64,000 nucleotides of DNA from Candidatus Omnitrophota bacterium (GTDB lineage Bacteria; Omnitrophota; Gorgyraeia; Gorgyraeales; Gorgyraeaceae), in contig JAHJQM010000042.1 of the NCBI GenBank assembly GCA_018819285.1, positions 45,778 through 109,777 of the forward strand. The letters run 5' to 3'. The position numbers and the translations under genes are program-made. This document shows, one piece after another, positions 50,202-59,491 of this stretch. Position 1 is the stretch's first letter; each line of letters starts with the position of its first letter. A model generated the notes under the pieces. That model did no database searches. It was not told the origin of the DNA and saw nothing but the letters and a program-made list of their open reading frames with translations.

Positions 50202-50919
50202 ATATCCTCTTTCCGTAATCTACTATCTTTCCCACGATAAATATCGCGGGCGACTGCACAGAAAATCTCTCTGCAAGTTCTACGATAGTATCAAGCCTTC
50301 CTGTAACAATCCTCTCCCCATTGGTGGTGCCGCGCTCAATAATGGCGCAAGACGAATTTTTATCCCTTTTTGAACGGATAATTGCATTCACAACTTTTTT
50401 AATGTTTCCTATTGCCATCAGATAGATCAGCGTATCGCATCTAGGCGCGTCTATCTTCCCGCCATTACTCTTCCTACCTGTCAGGATAGCTACAGAAGAA
50501 AATCTGCCTTTTCTTGTCAGAGGTATGCCGAAACTCGCAGGCGCGGCAAATGCCGAAGTGATCCCGGGGATGATTTCAAAATCAATGCCTTTATTTTTTA
50601 AATAAAGTGCCTCCTCAATACCCCTACTGAAAAGAAACGGGTCCCCTCCTTTAAGCCTCACTACGGATTCCCCACTTACCGCATATTTAAAGAGCAGTTT
50701 GTTTATCTCATGCTGCTCTTTAAGGTGCATGCCGTCCCGTTTGCCCACGCATATAACCCTGGCATTTTTTTTCGCAAAGCGTAAAAGCTCATCTGTCGCC
50801 AGGAAATCATACAGAATGACATTCGCCTTTTTTAATTTTTCAAGGCCTTTAACGCTTATAAGTTTCCAGTCCCCTGGCCCTGCGCCTATGATATATACTT
50901 TTCCTTTTTTATTTTTCAT
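50176..50919 (-). CDS. cobA: uroporphyrinogen-III C-methyltransferase, no HemD fusion
   Basis: GAGPGD, VRLKGGDPFLF, IPGITSA; start MKNKKG at 50919 with SD GGAGG. Confidence 0.92.
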   Translation of the reverse strand: MKNKKGKVYIIGAGPGDWKLISVKGLEKLKKANVILYDFLATDELLRFAKKNARVICVGKRDGMHLKEQHEINKLLFKYAVSGESVVRLKGGDPFLFSRGIEEALYLKNKGIDFEIIPGITSAFAAPASFGIPLTRKGRFSSVAILTGRKSNGGKIDAPRCDTLIYLMAIGNIKKVVNAIIRSKRDKNSSCAIIERGTTNGERIVTGRLDTIVELAERFSVQSPAIFIVGKIVDYGKRIYEHKYNKR

Positions 50920-51562
50920 GGATCCTCCTGAATATCTCAAATAGATCAATTCTATCCTTACGGATCTGCACTGCCAGCCTGCCCTGCAAAGGATGCGGCG
51001 GCATAATATCTTCCGGTATTATCTGGCTAATTCTATATTCTAACCCCAGCCTTAATAACGCGGCATGCGCGATAATAACTGCGTCAAAATCTCCTTTATC
51101 CAGCTGCTCAAGCCGTTCCTCTATATTGCCGCGGATATCCTTTATTATCAGGTCAGGCCTGAACCTTACTACCGCTTCTTTTCTTTTACTGCTGGATGTC
51201 CCCACTATGGCGCTGCGCCATAAATTCCCCAATGCTAGATTGCCTTTTGAAACAAGGCTTTCTAGTTGACTGATAGAACGCGTTAAAGCGGCTATCGTTA
51301 GAGCCTCCGGCATATTTTTTTCTAGATCCTTTGCACTATGGACCGCAACATCTATTTTTCTATCAATAAGGGCCTGCTCTATCTCGCAGGTAAAAAAATC
51401 GCTTTCTTCATGGTCCAAAAGAGTGGCCTTTTTATCCTTATCGCCCGCTGTTTCAATAGAAATGACTTCCATTTGAAGCCATGGCAAAAGTTCCTGTACT
51501 TCTTCAGCCTGCTTGAGGGCAAGCTTTGAAGGACGCACGCCAACTCTAATCTTATCCGACAT
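50909..51562 (-). CDS. hemC: hydroxymethylbilane synthase, short form (domains 1-2 only)
   Basis: GVRPSKLALKQ, TAGDK, AVHSAKD, VGTSSSKR, IRGNIEERL, QGRLAV; ends at 217 aa. Confidence 0.85.
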   Translation of the reverse strand: MSDKIRVGVRPSKLALKQAEEVQELLPWLQMEVISIETAGDKDKKATLLDHEESDFFTCEIEQALIDRKIDVAVHSAKDLEKNMPEALTIAALTRSISQLESLVSKGNLALGNLWRSAIVGTSSSKRKEAVVRFRPDLIIKDIRGNIEERLEQLDKGDFDAVIIAHAALLRLGLEYRISQIIPEDIMPPHPLQGRLAVQIRKDRIDLFEIFRRIHEK

Positions 51563-52529
51563 ATACAGCCTCCGAACGTTCCCTGACTGCGTTTTCTATT
51601 AAATCCGAAGCAAAGCTGGTCCTATCTTTCTTCTCAATATTGCACCTCCGGAATAATCCATTCAGATCCTCCAAGTTATTCAATAAGATGCCTTTCATTC
51701 TTGCTGCATCAGGCTCTATATCCCGCGGCACAGCCAGATCATACACATAAAGCTCGCGAGCGCGCTTTGAAACCACATCTTTAAAATGGTTTTTTTCTAA
51801 AATATAATGCGGGCTGGAAGTGGCGCTTATAAATATATCTGCATCCAAGAGAAGCCCTGCCAGATATTTAAAGGTATATGCCTTTCCGCCTGAAGCCCTT
51901 GCGAGCGATTCAGCCTTTACGTAATTTTTATGCGCCACAAAACTCAGGCTCGCCTGAGGCATCCTGTATCGCGCAAAAAGCTCCGCAATCTTTCCTGTAC
52001 CTGCCACTATCACCTTAAACGGGCCTAATGACCCTCTCCGGTTTATAAAATCATAATAAATAAGAAGCGCGATATTATCATCATGCGTATTAAGGCTCGC
52101 CTCTATACGAATTTTCTTTGATAAAAAAATTATCTCTTGCCAGAAATTCTTAAGCGCAAGGTTAAAAGATTCTTTCCCTGACCATGCCTCTAGCTGGTTT
52201 AAGATCTGAAGCTCACCATGAAGCTGCGATTCCAGGCCACAGCTAAGCCTCAAGCCATGCCTAAAAACCTCATCCTTTCCGTATTTGAAATACGCTCTCC
52301 TGGAAAAATCCGGAAAAGCCCTGCTGAATTCAGATATGCAGCTAAAAGCCTCTTCAGGGCATTCCGCTAGCCCGTAAATCTCTATCCTGTTGCAGGTAAA
52401 AAGCGCCTCTATTCTGCCTGGATGAGCGGACACCCAAAAATCAGCAATATTTCCGCGCTTCCTATAAATATTTTCCCTGACACTAAGAGAAGCGCTTTTG
52501 TAATCTACGCCTGTAAGATAAAAATACAT
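51552..52529 (-). CDS. hemA: glutamyl-tRNA reductase, short form
   Basis: TCNRIEIY, GLESQLHGELQIL, GTGKIA, SATSSPH, DLAVPRDIE. Confidence 0.88.
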   Translation of the reverse strand: MYFYLTGVDYKSASLSVRENIYRKRGNIADFWVSAHPGRIEALFTCNRIEIYGLAECPEEAFSCISEFSRAFPDFSRRAYFKYGKDEVFRHGLRLSCGLESQLHGELQILNQLEAWSGKESFNLALKNFWQEIIFLSKKIRIEASLNTHDDNIALLIYYDFINRRGSLGPFKVIVAGTGKIAELFARYRMPQASLSFVAHKNYVKAESLARASGGKAYTFKYLAGLLLDADIFISATSSPHYILEKNHFKDVVSKRARELYVYDLAVPRDIEPDAARMKGILLNNLEDLNGLFRRCNIEKKDRTSFASDLIENAVRERSEAVYVG

Positions 52530-52977
52530 CCCAGTTCTCCTTTAAAAAATTCTTCAGGTCCCGCGAAAACTTGGGATCCTTTCCATTAGTATATACAGTC
52601 ACTATAGTTTTCCCCGCGCGTAAAACAGCAGGTGAGATAAAATCGCTAAGACTGGCCTGGTCCACTACATTGATTAATATTTTACGTTTTTTCGCCCAGG
52701 CTCTGACCCTTTTATTTATTGCTGAATCAGAGGTAGAGGCAACAATAAGATCTGCTGAATCCAAGTCCCGGGAACTGAATCTTTTCCTAAGCCATTCTAT
52801 TCTGCCAGATTCAGACAGCTGATTCAGTCCAGGCGTTGCATCAGGAGATATTAAACGCACCTTGCTTCCAGCTTCAAGTAGAGAATCGACCTTGCGCTCA
52901 GCAACCTTGCCCCCACCTACCACAACAGTAATTTTATTTTTTAACTTAATTGCTATAGGATAATACTCTCTTGTCAT
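52483..52977 (-). CDS. precorrin-2 dehydrogenase / sirohydrochlorin ferrochelatase (CysG-B/Met8 type)
   Basis: VVGGGKVAERK, NVVDQASLSDFISPA, TNGKDP. Confidence 0.88.
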   Translation of the reverse strand: MTREYYPIAIKLKNKITVVVGGGKVAERKVDSLLEAGSKVRLISPDATPGLNQLSESGRIEWLRKRFSSRDLDSADLIVASTSDSAINKRVRAWAKKRKILINVVDQASLSDFISPAVLRAGKTIVTVYTNGKDPKFSRDLKNFLKENWDVFLSYRRRLQKRFS

Positions 52978-52978
52978 A

Positions 52979-53686
52979 TTATTTTGCCTTTAACGGCCTG
53001 GTATGGATGCCGCATTCACCGCCGCATTTACTTGTGCCTATCCAACGTCCTGCGCGCTCGTTATCGTCATTTGTTATCTTTGTACATGGTGCGCATCCAA
53101 GCGACCTGTAACCTTCTGCATAAAGAGGATTTACCGGGACTTCATATAAGGCAAGATACTGCCACACTTCGCGCTCTTTCCAGATAAGGATGGGATTAAG
53201 CTTGACTAGCCCTTTGTCTCTTTCTTCCACCTCCTGAAAATCTGTCCTGGTCCGGCCTTCTGTGCAACGCAGGCCTGTTACCCAGCACCCCACGCCCATT
53301 TCTTCAATGGCCCGCTTAACAGGCTCTACCTTTAATATATCACAGCATTTGTCAGGGCTTGTCTCGTAAAGCCTTTCCGATATTTTGGAATCATTTTTAT
53401 AAACCTTGAGCTCCGGATATTTCTTCACAGTCTCATTCATGAACTTGACAGTCTCTTTTGGTTTAAACCTCGTGGTAACAATAAATCCGCGAATTTTAGG
53501 GTTCACTCTTTTTGCAAGATCCCATACAGCCACTGAATCCTTGCCAAGGCTGTTTGCGACAACGAGCAAATCTCCGTATTTTTCATACATCTCCCTAATC
53601 AATTCCTTTGACCTTTCTACTTTCTCTTTAAAATTCAATGTTTCTACGAGCACCTTCAAATCTTCCTTTTCCGCCAATAAACCCAT
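52979..53686 (-). CDS. cysH: APS/PAPS reductase with Fe-S cysteine motifs
   Basis: SLGKDS, KCCDILKVEP, TGLR, GYRSLGCAPCT, ERAGRW, ECGIH; start 53686 preferred (SD AGGGGGAG, no overlap with the upstream gene). Confidence 0.9.
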   Translation of the reverse strand: MGLLAEKEDLKVLVETLNFKEKVERSKELIREMYEKYGDLLVVANSLGKDSVAVWDLAKRVNPKIRGFIVTTRFKPKETVKFMNETVKKYPELKVYKNDSKISERLYETSPDKCCDILKVEPVKRAIEEMGVGCWVTGLRCTEGRTRTDFQEVEERDKGLVKLNPILIWKEREVWQYLALYEVPVNPLYAEGYRSLGCAPCTKITNDDNERAGRWIGTSKCGGECGIHTRPLKAK

Positions 53687-53705
53687 TTTACTCCCCCTTT
53701 CTTTT

Positions 53706-53927
53706 TTAAATCTGATAATCTGATCCTTTAATTCTCCCGAATTTGACCTTATTCCAGATTCGTTCATGTATATAATATAGGAACATCTTTACAATATCAA
53801 TGCCTGCGCCTACATAAAGAGCTTGTTTTATGTTTTTTGTGTAGGCAAAAATAATAGACATTGTTAAGATAAAACTGAATATGCGCCATGATAATGTTTT
53901 TAGTATTGACCTGTTTCTATGTTCCAC
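53706..53927 (-). CDS. DUF2061-family small membrane protein
   Basis: RSILKTLSWRI...LYYIHERIWNKVKFG. Confidence 0.8.
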   Translation of the reverse strand: MEHRNRSILKTLSWRIFSFILTMSIIFAYTKNIKQALYVGAGIDIVKMFLYYIHERIWNKVKFGRIKGSDYQI

Positions 53928-54080
53928 TGTTAAACCTCTGCATTAATTTAATTCCTGATTATATAATCATAAAAAAACCGCTTATCGTTTTTCTTTTTTT
54001 CCAGTAGCGGCTTACCTCATCCTGCTGGTTATATCTTGATTATTTTTACATGGGCAGGCCTCTCTTTATTCTATTCTCTA

Positions 54081-54130
54081 TAATCTCTATCATATTAATA
54101 GAGTTTAGCATATGAACTTTGTTTTGTCAA
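54081..54130 (-). promoter_or_regulatory. promoter of the sulfur/siroheme operon with overlapping palindromic operator
   Basis: Minus strand TTGACA-17 nt-TAAACT with extended-10 TG; palindrome TAATCTCTAT-CATATTA-ATAGAGTTTA at 54081-54107. Confidence 0.7.
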
Positions 54131-54184
54131 GTATTTTTTTAAAATTTTTTAGTAGGTAGAATTCCTTTTGACACCTGATGGCAT

Positions 54185-54218
54185 AAAAAATACCTTGATT
54201 AACGATATTAACCAGGGT
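54185..54218 (-). terminator. probable intrinsic terminator after the histidine kinase
   Basis: Imperfect stem ACCTTGATTAA/TTAACCAGGGT with a T run on the minus strand. Confidence 0.45.
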
Positions 54219-54283
54219 TATCTATCATGTTCATTTAGCGTCTCCATAATCTAAACTATCAGCCCTGCGATAGAATATCTCCT

Positions 54284-55612
54284 TTATAATAGCGATTGTT
54301 TTTTCGGTAACATAATACTAAAAATACTGCCTTTGCCTTCCTCGCTATCTACCCAGATCCTTCCATGATGCCTTTCAACAACCTGCTTGGCCATTGAGAG
54401 GCCCAGACCTGTGCCGTCTCTTTCCAGTTCCTTTGCATTAGTAGCGCGGTAGAATTCATTAAAAATATTCGGCAGTTCGTTCTTAGGTATCCCGATGCCG
54501 TTATCGCTGATTTGTATCAGCACTAAATTGTCTTTATCCTCTATGGTTATCTCAACCTTCCCGCCTCTCGGAGTATACTTCACCGAATTAGCCAGAAGAT
54601 TTGCTATGGTTTCCTCTACATAAACCTGCGCGCCTTTTATAAGCCCAATTCCGATATTAATATGGCGGCTTATGGATATGCCTTTAGCCTTTGCCTTTGG
54701 ATCCACTAGAATAATTGCACTTTCCGCAGTTTTAACAAGAGAAAACTCTTTCATTTCTATATCTTTACTCAATTTGATGCGCGTTATATCCAATAGCGCT
54801 TTTATAAAAAATATAAGCTTGCTTGTCCTTTCACCGGCTCTACGTATCAGATCTTTCTGTCCAGAGTTAAGCTCTCCAAGCATGCCTTCTGCCACAGGCT
54901 CAATACAGCTCTGTATTGCAGAGATGTGCTCTTTTATATCATGGGTTACGCGTAAAACATATTCGCTTTTTATCCTGTCTTTTTCTTCCAGAAGCAGATT
55001 TGCCTCTTTCAGGCTTTTTTCCCTATCTTTTAACCTTATTGAAATAGAGCTCGCCATATACGCGGCCAGATACAGAGTGGTGATAAACGCAAAAGATGTT
55101 CCGAATATATATACCTTATTCATATAAAGGTCATTTACCACAAATCCCTTCAGGCAATAATGGTCCAGGATATTAAAATATTCCAGGCCTACCATTAATA
55201 TAAAAAAACATGCTGCGAATGTGGCCTGCAGGAAGCTCGCCCTCCTGGAAAGCAGGATACTTGCAATAATCATATGGAAAATAAAATAGAATATGAACGG
55301 ATTTTCTATGCCACCTGAAAAATGTATAAGGGAGGTAAGTGCGAAGAGGTCCAGGGCAATCTGGAGATTGGCAATAACATTTGTCCTGGTTTCAATATCC
55401 GGAAGCTGTTTTTTTCTGATATGCCTTACATACAAAAAAAATAAAAGATTATACAGGCCTATCAGGATAGAAATTAAATATAGAGGGAAAAACGGGAGAG
55501 AAAGTCTTACTATTTTTTGTACAACGAAAACTGTGAGGATTACGCCTGTAACCGCAATCCATCGCAATCTGATAAGCCAATTGATTCTCTCTAAAAGGCC
55601 TTCATATTTCAT
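54284..55612 (-). CDS. multi-TM sensor histidine kinase
   Basis: WLIRLRWIA, SGGIENPF membrane domain; THDIKEH; NLLANSVKYT; DNGIGI; GTGLGL. Confidence 0.9.
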   Translation of the reverse strand: MKYEGLLERINWLIRLRWIAVTGVILTVFVVQKIVRLSLPFFPLYLISILIGLYNLLFFLYVRHIRKKQLPDIETRTNVIANLQIALDLFALTSLIHFSGGIENPFIFYFIFHMIIASILLSRRASFLQATFAACFFILMVGLEYFNILDHYCLKGFVVNDLYMNKVYIFGTSFAFITTLYLAAYMASSISIRLKDREKSLKEANLLLEEKDRIKSEYVLRVTHDIKEHISAIQSCIEPVAEGMLGELNSGQKDLIRRAGERTSKLIFFIKALLDITRIKLSKDIEMKEFSLVKTAESAIILVDPKAKAKGISISRHINIGIGLIKGAQVYVEETIANLLANSVKYTPRGGKVEITIEDKDNLVLIQISDNGIGIPKNELPNIFNEFYRATNAKELERDGTGLGLSMAKQVVERHHGRIWVDSEEGKGSIFSIMLPKKQSLL

Positions 55613-55618
55613 GCAGGG

Positions 55619-56008
55619 TTATTTGGCTTTGAGCAATTTTTCAACCTTTTCCAGTAATTCCTGTGGCTTAAGAGGTTTCTCCACATAATCGTCAACCGGA
55701 AGCCATGTTTCATCGCCTGCTTCTTTTTTAAAATCCATACCTATCTTGTCCTTAATAGCCGTAAGCATAAGTATCGGTATGTGCTTATAATTTTTATCGT
55801 TTCTGATCTCCCTGGCTACCTCAAAACCTTTATCCATAGTCTCCATCATGACATCCAATATCACAAGGTCCGGTTTCTCAAGTTTTATCTTTTTCAAGCC
55901 CTCTGCCCCGCTCTTGGCGCTTACAACTTTATAGTCCTTGCTTTCCAGAACTACGCGCATTGCTTCAACTATATCAGGGTCGTCGTCAATAATCAAAATT
56001 CTGGCCAT
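55619..56008 (-). CDS. stand-alone response regulator (REC only)
   Basis: MARILIIDDD, LDVMM, MLTA, EKP; SD GGAGG before ATG 56008. Confidence 0.9.
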   Translation of the reverse strand: MARILIIDDDPDIVEAMRVVLESKDYKVVSAKSGAEGLKKIKLEKPDLVILDVMMETMDKGFEVAREIRNDKNYKHIPILMLTAIKDKIGMDFKKEAGDETWLPVDDYVEKPLKPQELLEKVEKLLKAK

Positions 56009-56019
56009 ACCTAGCCTCC

Positions 56020-56487
56020 TTAATCTGCTTTCCTCAGCCAAATATCATAAACATCCAGCAAAAAGAGAGAAAGAAAAATCATTGCTAAAAAAGTACCTGC
56101 GAATTCCAATACCCAGCTGAAAAAAACCTGATTTCCATAAGGGATAAGCCACATTGAGGCTATATCGATAATAATCACTAGAAACGGAAGAATGGCAAAA
56201 ATCCTTTTCATCTTTTCCGAATAGGAAGTAAACATAAATAGCGCTGCGGGCAAAGCAAGAAGATAAAGCGCATAATAAGGAAGATACTTATGCGTATGAT
56301 CTGCCAGTTCCATGGACTCCATTGAACCGTATGCCTTTGCAATCAATGCCGGTTTCATTTCCGTATCCTGCCATATATGAAGAAGCAGGGAAAGATAAAC
56401 TAGCCCCACCATACATAATAAAGTCGTCATCAATAATTTTGCGCTTATCGGCGCTTTTGAAAGCCTTATTTTTTCCATCTTAGCCAT
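56020..56487 (-). CDS. four-TM membrane protein of unknown function with His motif
   Basis: Four hydrophobic segments; LLLHIW and ADHTHKY. Confidence 0.7.
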   Translation of the reverse strand: MAKMEKIRLSKAPISAKLLMTTLLCMVGLVYLSLLLHIWQDTEMKPALIAKAYGSMESMELADHTHKYLPYYALYLLALPAALFMFTSYSEKMKRIFAILPFLVIIIDIASMWLIPYGNQVFFSWVLEFAGTFLAMIFLSLFLLDVYDIWLRKAD

Positions 56488-56499
56488 ACCTCCTTCCTT

Positions 56500-57090
56500 T
56501 TACTTGTTAAGATAAAGTTCCTCATATAGAACAATAGCCTTTTTTACGGCAAACGTGGCGCAACGCGAAGAAATCGTAGCCCCGCTCACGCCTGTAATAT
56601 CCTTTCCCACAGTAAGTTTGGACTTGCTGGTTTTGCCATCATACTGACTAAGATAGCTTCGGCGCGCAATAGGCTTGCCCCTCTTTTCTTCATAACTTAA
56701 TACCTCTACCCTGATTACAGCACCATCAAGGTCTAAAGCTATGATAAAATCCACTGGCCCCCATTTCCCAGGCTCCTCATCAAAAATAACCACACCAGTC
56801 TTTGTGCCATTTTTTGAAGCAAAATGAAACTCAATGCTGGTATCGGCCTCAACCTCTTTTGACTTCGATCCTTTCTGAAAATAAACAAGGCTTCCGTCCA
56901 GCCTCTCCCTGATTTTGGATAACTCCGGATCAGCGAGCTCCTTTGTTTCAATGGTGATATCTACGCCTTCTCCGAAAACTTTTTTCAAGGCGTCTTCTCT
57001 TGTCATAAGACGAACCGCATAAGTAACTCCTGAAAAACTAAACCAGATGCATAGCGCTACGGTTAAAAATAAAATACACTTTCTAAACAT
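56500..57090 (-). CDS. exported FMN-binding (flavinylation substrate) protein
   Basis: Signal peptide; ITGVSGATISS matches the S/T-GAT flavinylation motif; next to apbE. Confidence 0.88.
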   Translation of the reverse strand: MFRKCILFLTVALCIWFSFSGVTYAVRLMTREDALKKVFGEGVDITIETKELADPELSKIRERLDGSLVYFQKGSKSKEVEADTSIEFHFASKNGTKTGVVIFDEEPGKWGPVDFIIALDLDGAVIRVEVLSYEEKRGKPIARRSYLSQYDGKTSKSKLTVGKDITGVSGATISSRCATFAVKKAIVLYEELYLNK

Positions 57091-57091
57091 G

Positions 57092-58129
57092 CTACTGCCT
57101 CCCTGTATTTTCCGCCTCTTTAATAAAATTAAGGCTATGTTTTAATCCGGAAGAATATAATATTTTCCCGGATTCGGTTATAATAATCGCCTCCATATCT
57201 GGGATTTCTTCTAATCTTCTCAACCCTTTTTCTGGGCCCATGATAAAAGGAATCTTTGTCCAAGCCTGCGCGAGAACAGGATCAGGATAAATAAGTATAA
57301 CGCTTTGAACCCCCTGGGTAGGATACCCTGTCTTTGGATTAAATATATGATGATACCTTTTGCCGTCTTTAATAAAAAATCTTTCATAATCCCCTGAGCC
57401 CATCACTGCCAGGTCTTCCACCTCTACATATCCCAGAGTTCCTTCGCCGCGCGGATCTTTAATGCCTACCTTCCATAACTTTGAGCCTTTTTTTCCAAGC
57501 GCGTATATGTCTCCTCCTGCGTCTATTAAGGCTGACGCTACTCCATTGGATTTTAGAACCCTTATTGCTTCGCTGATTGCATAGCCTTTCGCAACCCCTC
57601 CCAGATCAATCTTCACGCCTTCCCGAGTCCCGGTCAATCTGCCTGCATCAAGAGAAAGATATTTATACCCGACGCTGACCAGACAATCTTTTATCTCCTG
57701 CGACGCAGGAAGATAGTATTCCTTACTATAAAATCCCCACAGTTCAGCCAGCGGCGCTATGGTAATATCAAATGCGCCATGAGATTCTTCGCTTATCTTC
57801 AGCGCTTTCCGGATAAGGTTAATTATCTCCTTATCGGAAACAGACTCAAGCGTATGATTAAACGCATAAACAGGGCTTTTTGGATTAAGCGAGTTAAACT
57901 TTATGTCTATTTCCTGCATCCTGTTTAAAGCCAGCTCTATTGCTTTTAAAATAACTGCCTTTGGCCCAACCGCGTAAATAGTCACGTAAGTGTCCATCAT
58001 AAAACGGGTCTCTTTTTCTACATGAAATCTGCTGGCATTGTACGATCTTATTGCCCAGAGCCCTGCGAATATCGCTATTATTACAATAAATATTGGTTTT
58101 AATTTTTTCACTTTAAACTTTATCTCCAC
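57092..58129 (-). CDS. apbE: FAD:protein FMN transferase
   Basis: MMDTYV, GAFDITI, DLGGVAKGYA, DAGGDI, SGDYERF, YHHIFNPKTGYP. Confidence 0.95.
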   Translation of the reverse strand: MEIKFKVKKLKPIFIVIIAIFAGLWAIRSYNASRFHVEKETRFMMDTYVTIYAVGPKAVILKAIELALNRMQEIDIKFNSLNPKSPVYAFNHTLESVSDKEIINLIRKALKISEESHGAFDITIAPLAELWGFYSKEYYLPASQEIKDCLVSVGYKYLSLDAGRLTGTREGVKIDLGGVAKGYAISEAIRVLKSNGVASALIDAGGDIYALGKKGSKLWKVGIKDPRGEGTLGYVEVEDLAVMGSGDYERFFIKDGKRYHHIFNPKTGYPTQGVQSVILIYPDPVLAQAWTKIPFIMGPEKGLRRLEEIPDMEAIIITESGKILYSSGLKHSLNFIKEAENTGRQ

Positions 58130-58143
58130 TAATTCCTAAGATC

Positions 58144-58174
58144 GCAATAGGGCAGGCTTAATCCTGCCCTATTG
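58144..58174. terminator. strong hairpin between the porin gene and apbE
   Basis: GCAATAGGGCAGG/CCTGCCCTATTGC 13-bp stem; no long T run. Confidence 0.55.
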
Positions 58175-58187
58175 CTAACACAAACCT

Positions 58188-59474
58188 TTAGAACGTCGTT
58201 CTCCAGCCTATTGTATACCTGTTAGCTCTTATACTAGCTGAACTATTTGACCTTTCGCCGTTAATCAAGGAATAATCTCCTATGATTGTAGAGCTCGGAG
58301 TTATATTGTAATTTATGCCCACTGTTGTGGTATCATAGTTGTCGCTTAACATGGTGCTTGATCCTGTTTTGTAATTCTCCGCGTGGCTGTATTTAACCAA
58401 ACCAACCCATTCAGGAGTAAAATTATACAGGGCTCTGGCATAATACCCTTCTTTTTTTCCATCAGCTTTTGTAGAACCTGTAACAACCAGGTCATCCCAT
58501 TTCCTGTAGATGTATTCGCTGGTTATATTGAGTTTTTCATGCTTCCAGTCAAATCCAACAACAGACTGAAAACTGCTGTCAGGATTACCCCAGTTTCCAA
58601 ACGCAACAGATCCCAGAAGCCTTAACTGCGTATGGAACAATTCAGGTGCTATGTGCAATAGTAGCGTTTTAGAACTATCGTTATCTGCATATTTACTTGA
58701 AGCGTTACCATTCAATAAGCTGACATATACAGGCAGCGATACCTTTTCAAAATCAAAGTTTTTGTAGAGCTCTATTCCTGAGTCATGCCAGGACTCTAAA
58801 TAAGCGAGCCCCTGATTCTGGTGGTATTGCTCATGCCACCATGTTTCCTTAGAATATTCCTCAGAAAACATTGGATTAAATACACCCGTCTTTAGTTCTA
58901 CGCCTTTGGGTAGAAGCGCTGTTATGGTCGCAGTATGGATTGAAGTACTGCTCGTAGCGCTGCTGTTCCTCGCAATATCAGACCCTATAGACGGGGTTGC
59001 GCTAGCAGACACTGAGTTATCTATCGCCACGTCAAGCTTCAAGATATCAGATAACTCCTTATTTAAATAGAGATACAGATGATGAATGCCCGCTGAAATA
59101 TTATTATGCTGCGCATCTTTACCTTCACCATTAGCGCCTCTGACTACTCCCTCTGAGGCATCAAACATGTATAACTTCAGGTGTCCGCCTACGCTCGCTC
59201 CTTCCATTAATCCGGCAGGGCCTTCTTTTATCGCATCTACTGCCCTTGCGAGCTCCGGAACTTTCTTAATCTCAGCAGCCTGAGCCTGCTGCTTTGTTTC
59301 AACAGCCTGAACCTTAGAATTCAACTGCTCTATGGTTTTCTGTTGATTGTTTATTGTTTCCTGTAAAGCCCTTACCTGCTCCTTTAGGTCTGAGAGATCA
59401 TCTGCCCAAACCGCTCCTGTGCTAAAAACTAAAAACCCGCACAAGACTAACAACAAAATACTGAATTTCAACAT
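58188..59474 (-). CDS. outer-membrane beta-barrel (porin-like) with N-terminal coiled coil
   Basis: Start MLKFSILL at 59474 (SD GGAGG), signal peptide ending VWA, coiled coil, beta strands, C-terminal YTIGWRTTF. Confidence 0.75.
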   Translation of the reverse strand: MLKFSILLLVLCGFLVFSTGAVWADDLSDLKEQVRALQETINNQQKTIEQLNSKVQAVETKQQAQAAEIKKVPELARAVDAIKEGPAGLMEGASVGGHLKLYMFDASEGVVRGANGEGKDAQHNNISAGIHHLYLYLNKELSDILKLDVAIDNSVSASATPSIGSDIARNSSATSSTSIHTATITALLPKGVELKTGVFNPMFSEEYSKETWWHEQYHQNQGLAYLESWHDSGIELYKNFDFEKVSLPVYVSLLNGNASSKYADNDSSKTLLLHIAPELFHTQLRLLGSVAFGNWGNPDSSFQSVVGFDWKHEKLNITSEYIYRKWDDLVVTGSTKADGKKEGYYARALYNFTPEWVGLVKYSHAENYKTGSSTMLSDNYDTTTVGINYNITPSSTIIGDYSLINGERSNSSASIRANRYTIGWRTTF

Positions 59475-59491
59475 CACCACCTCCTTTGTTT

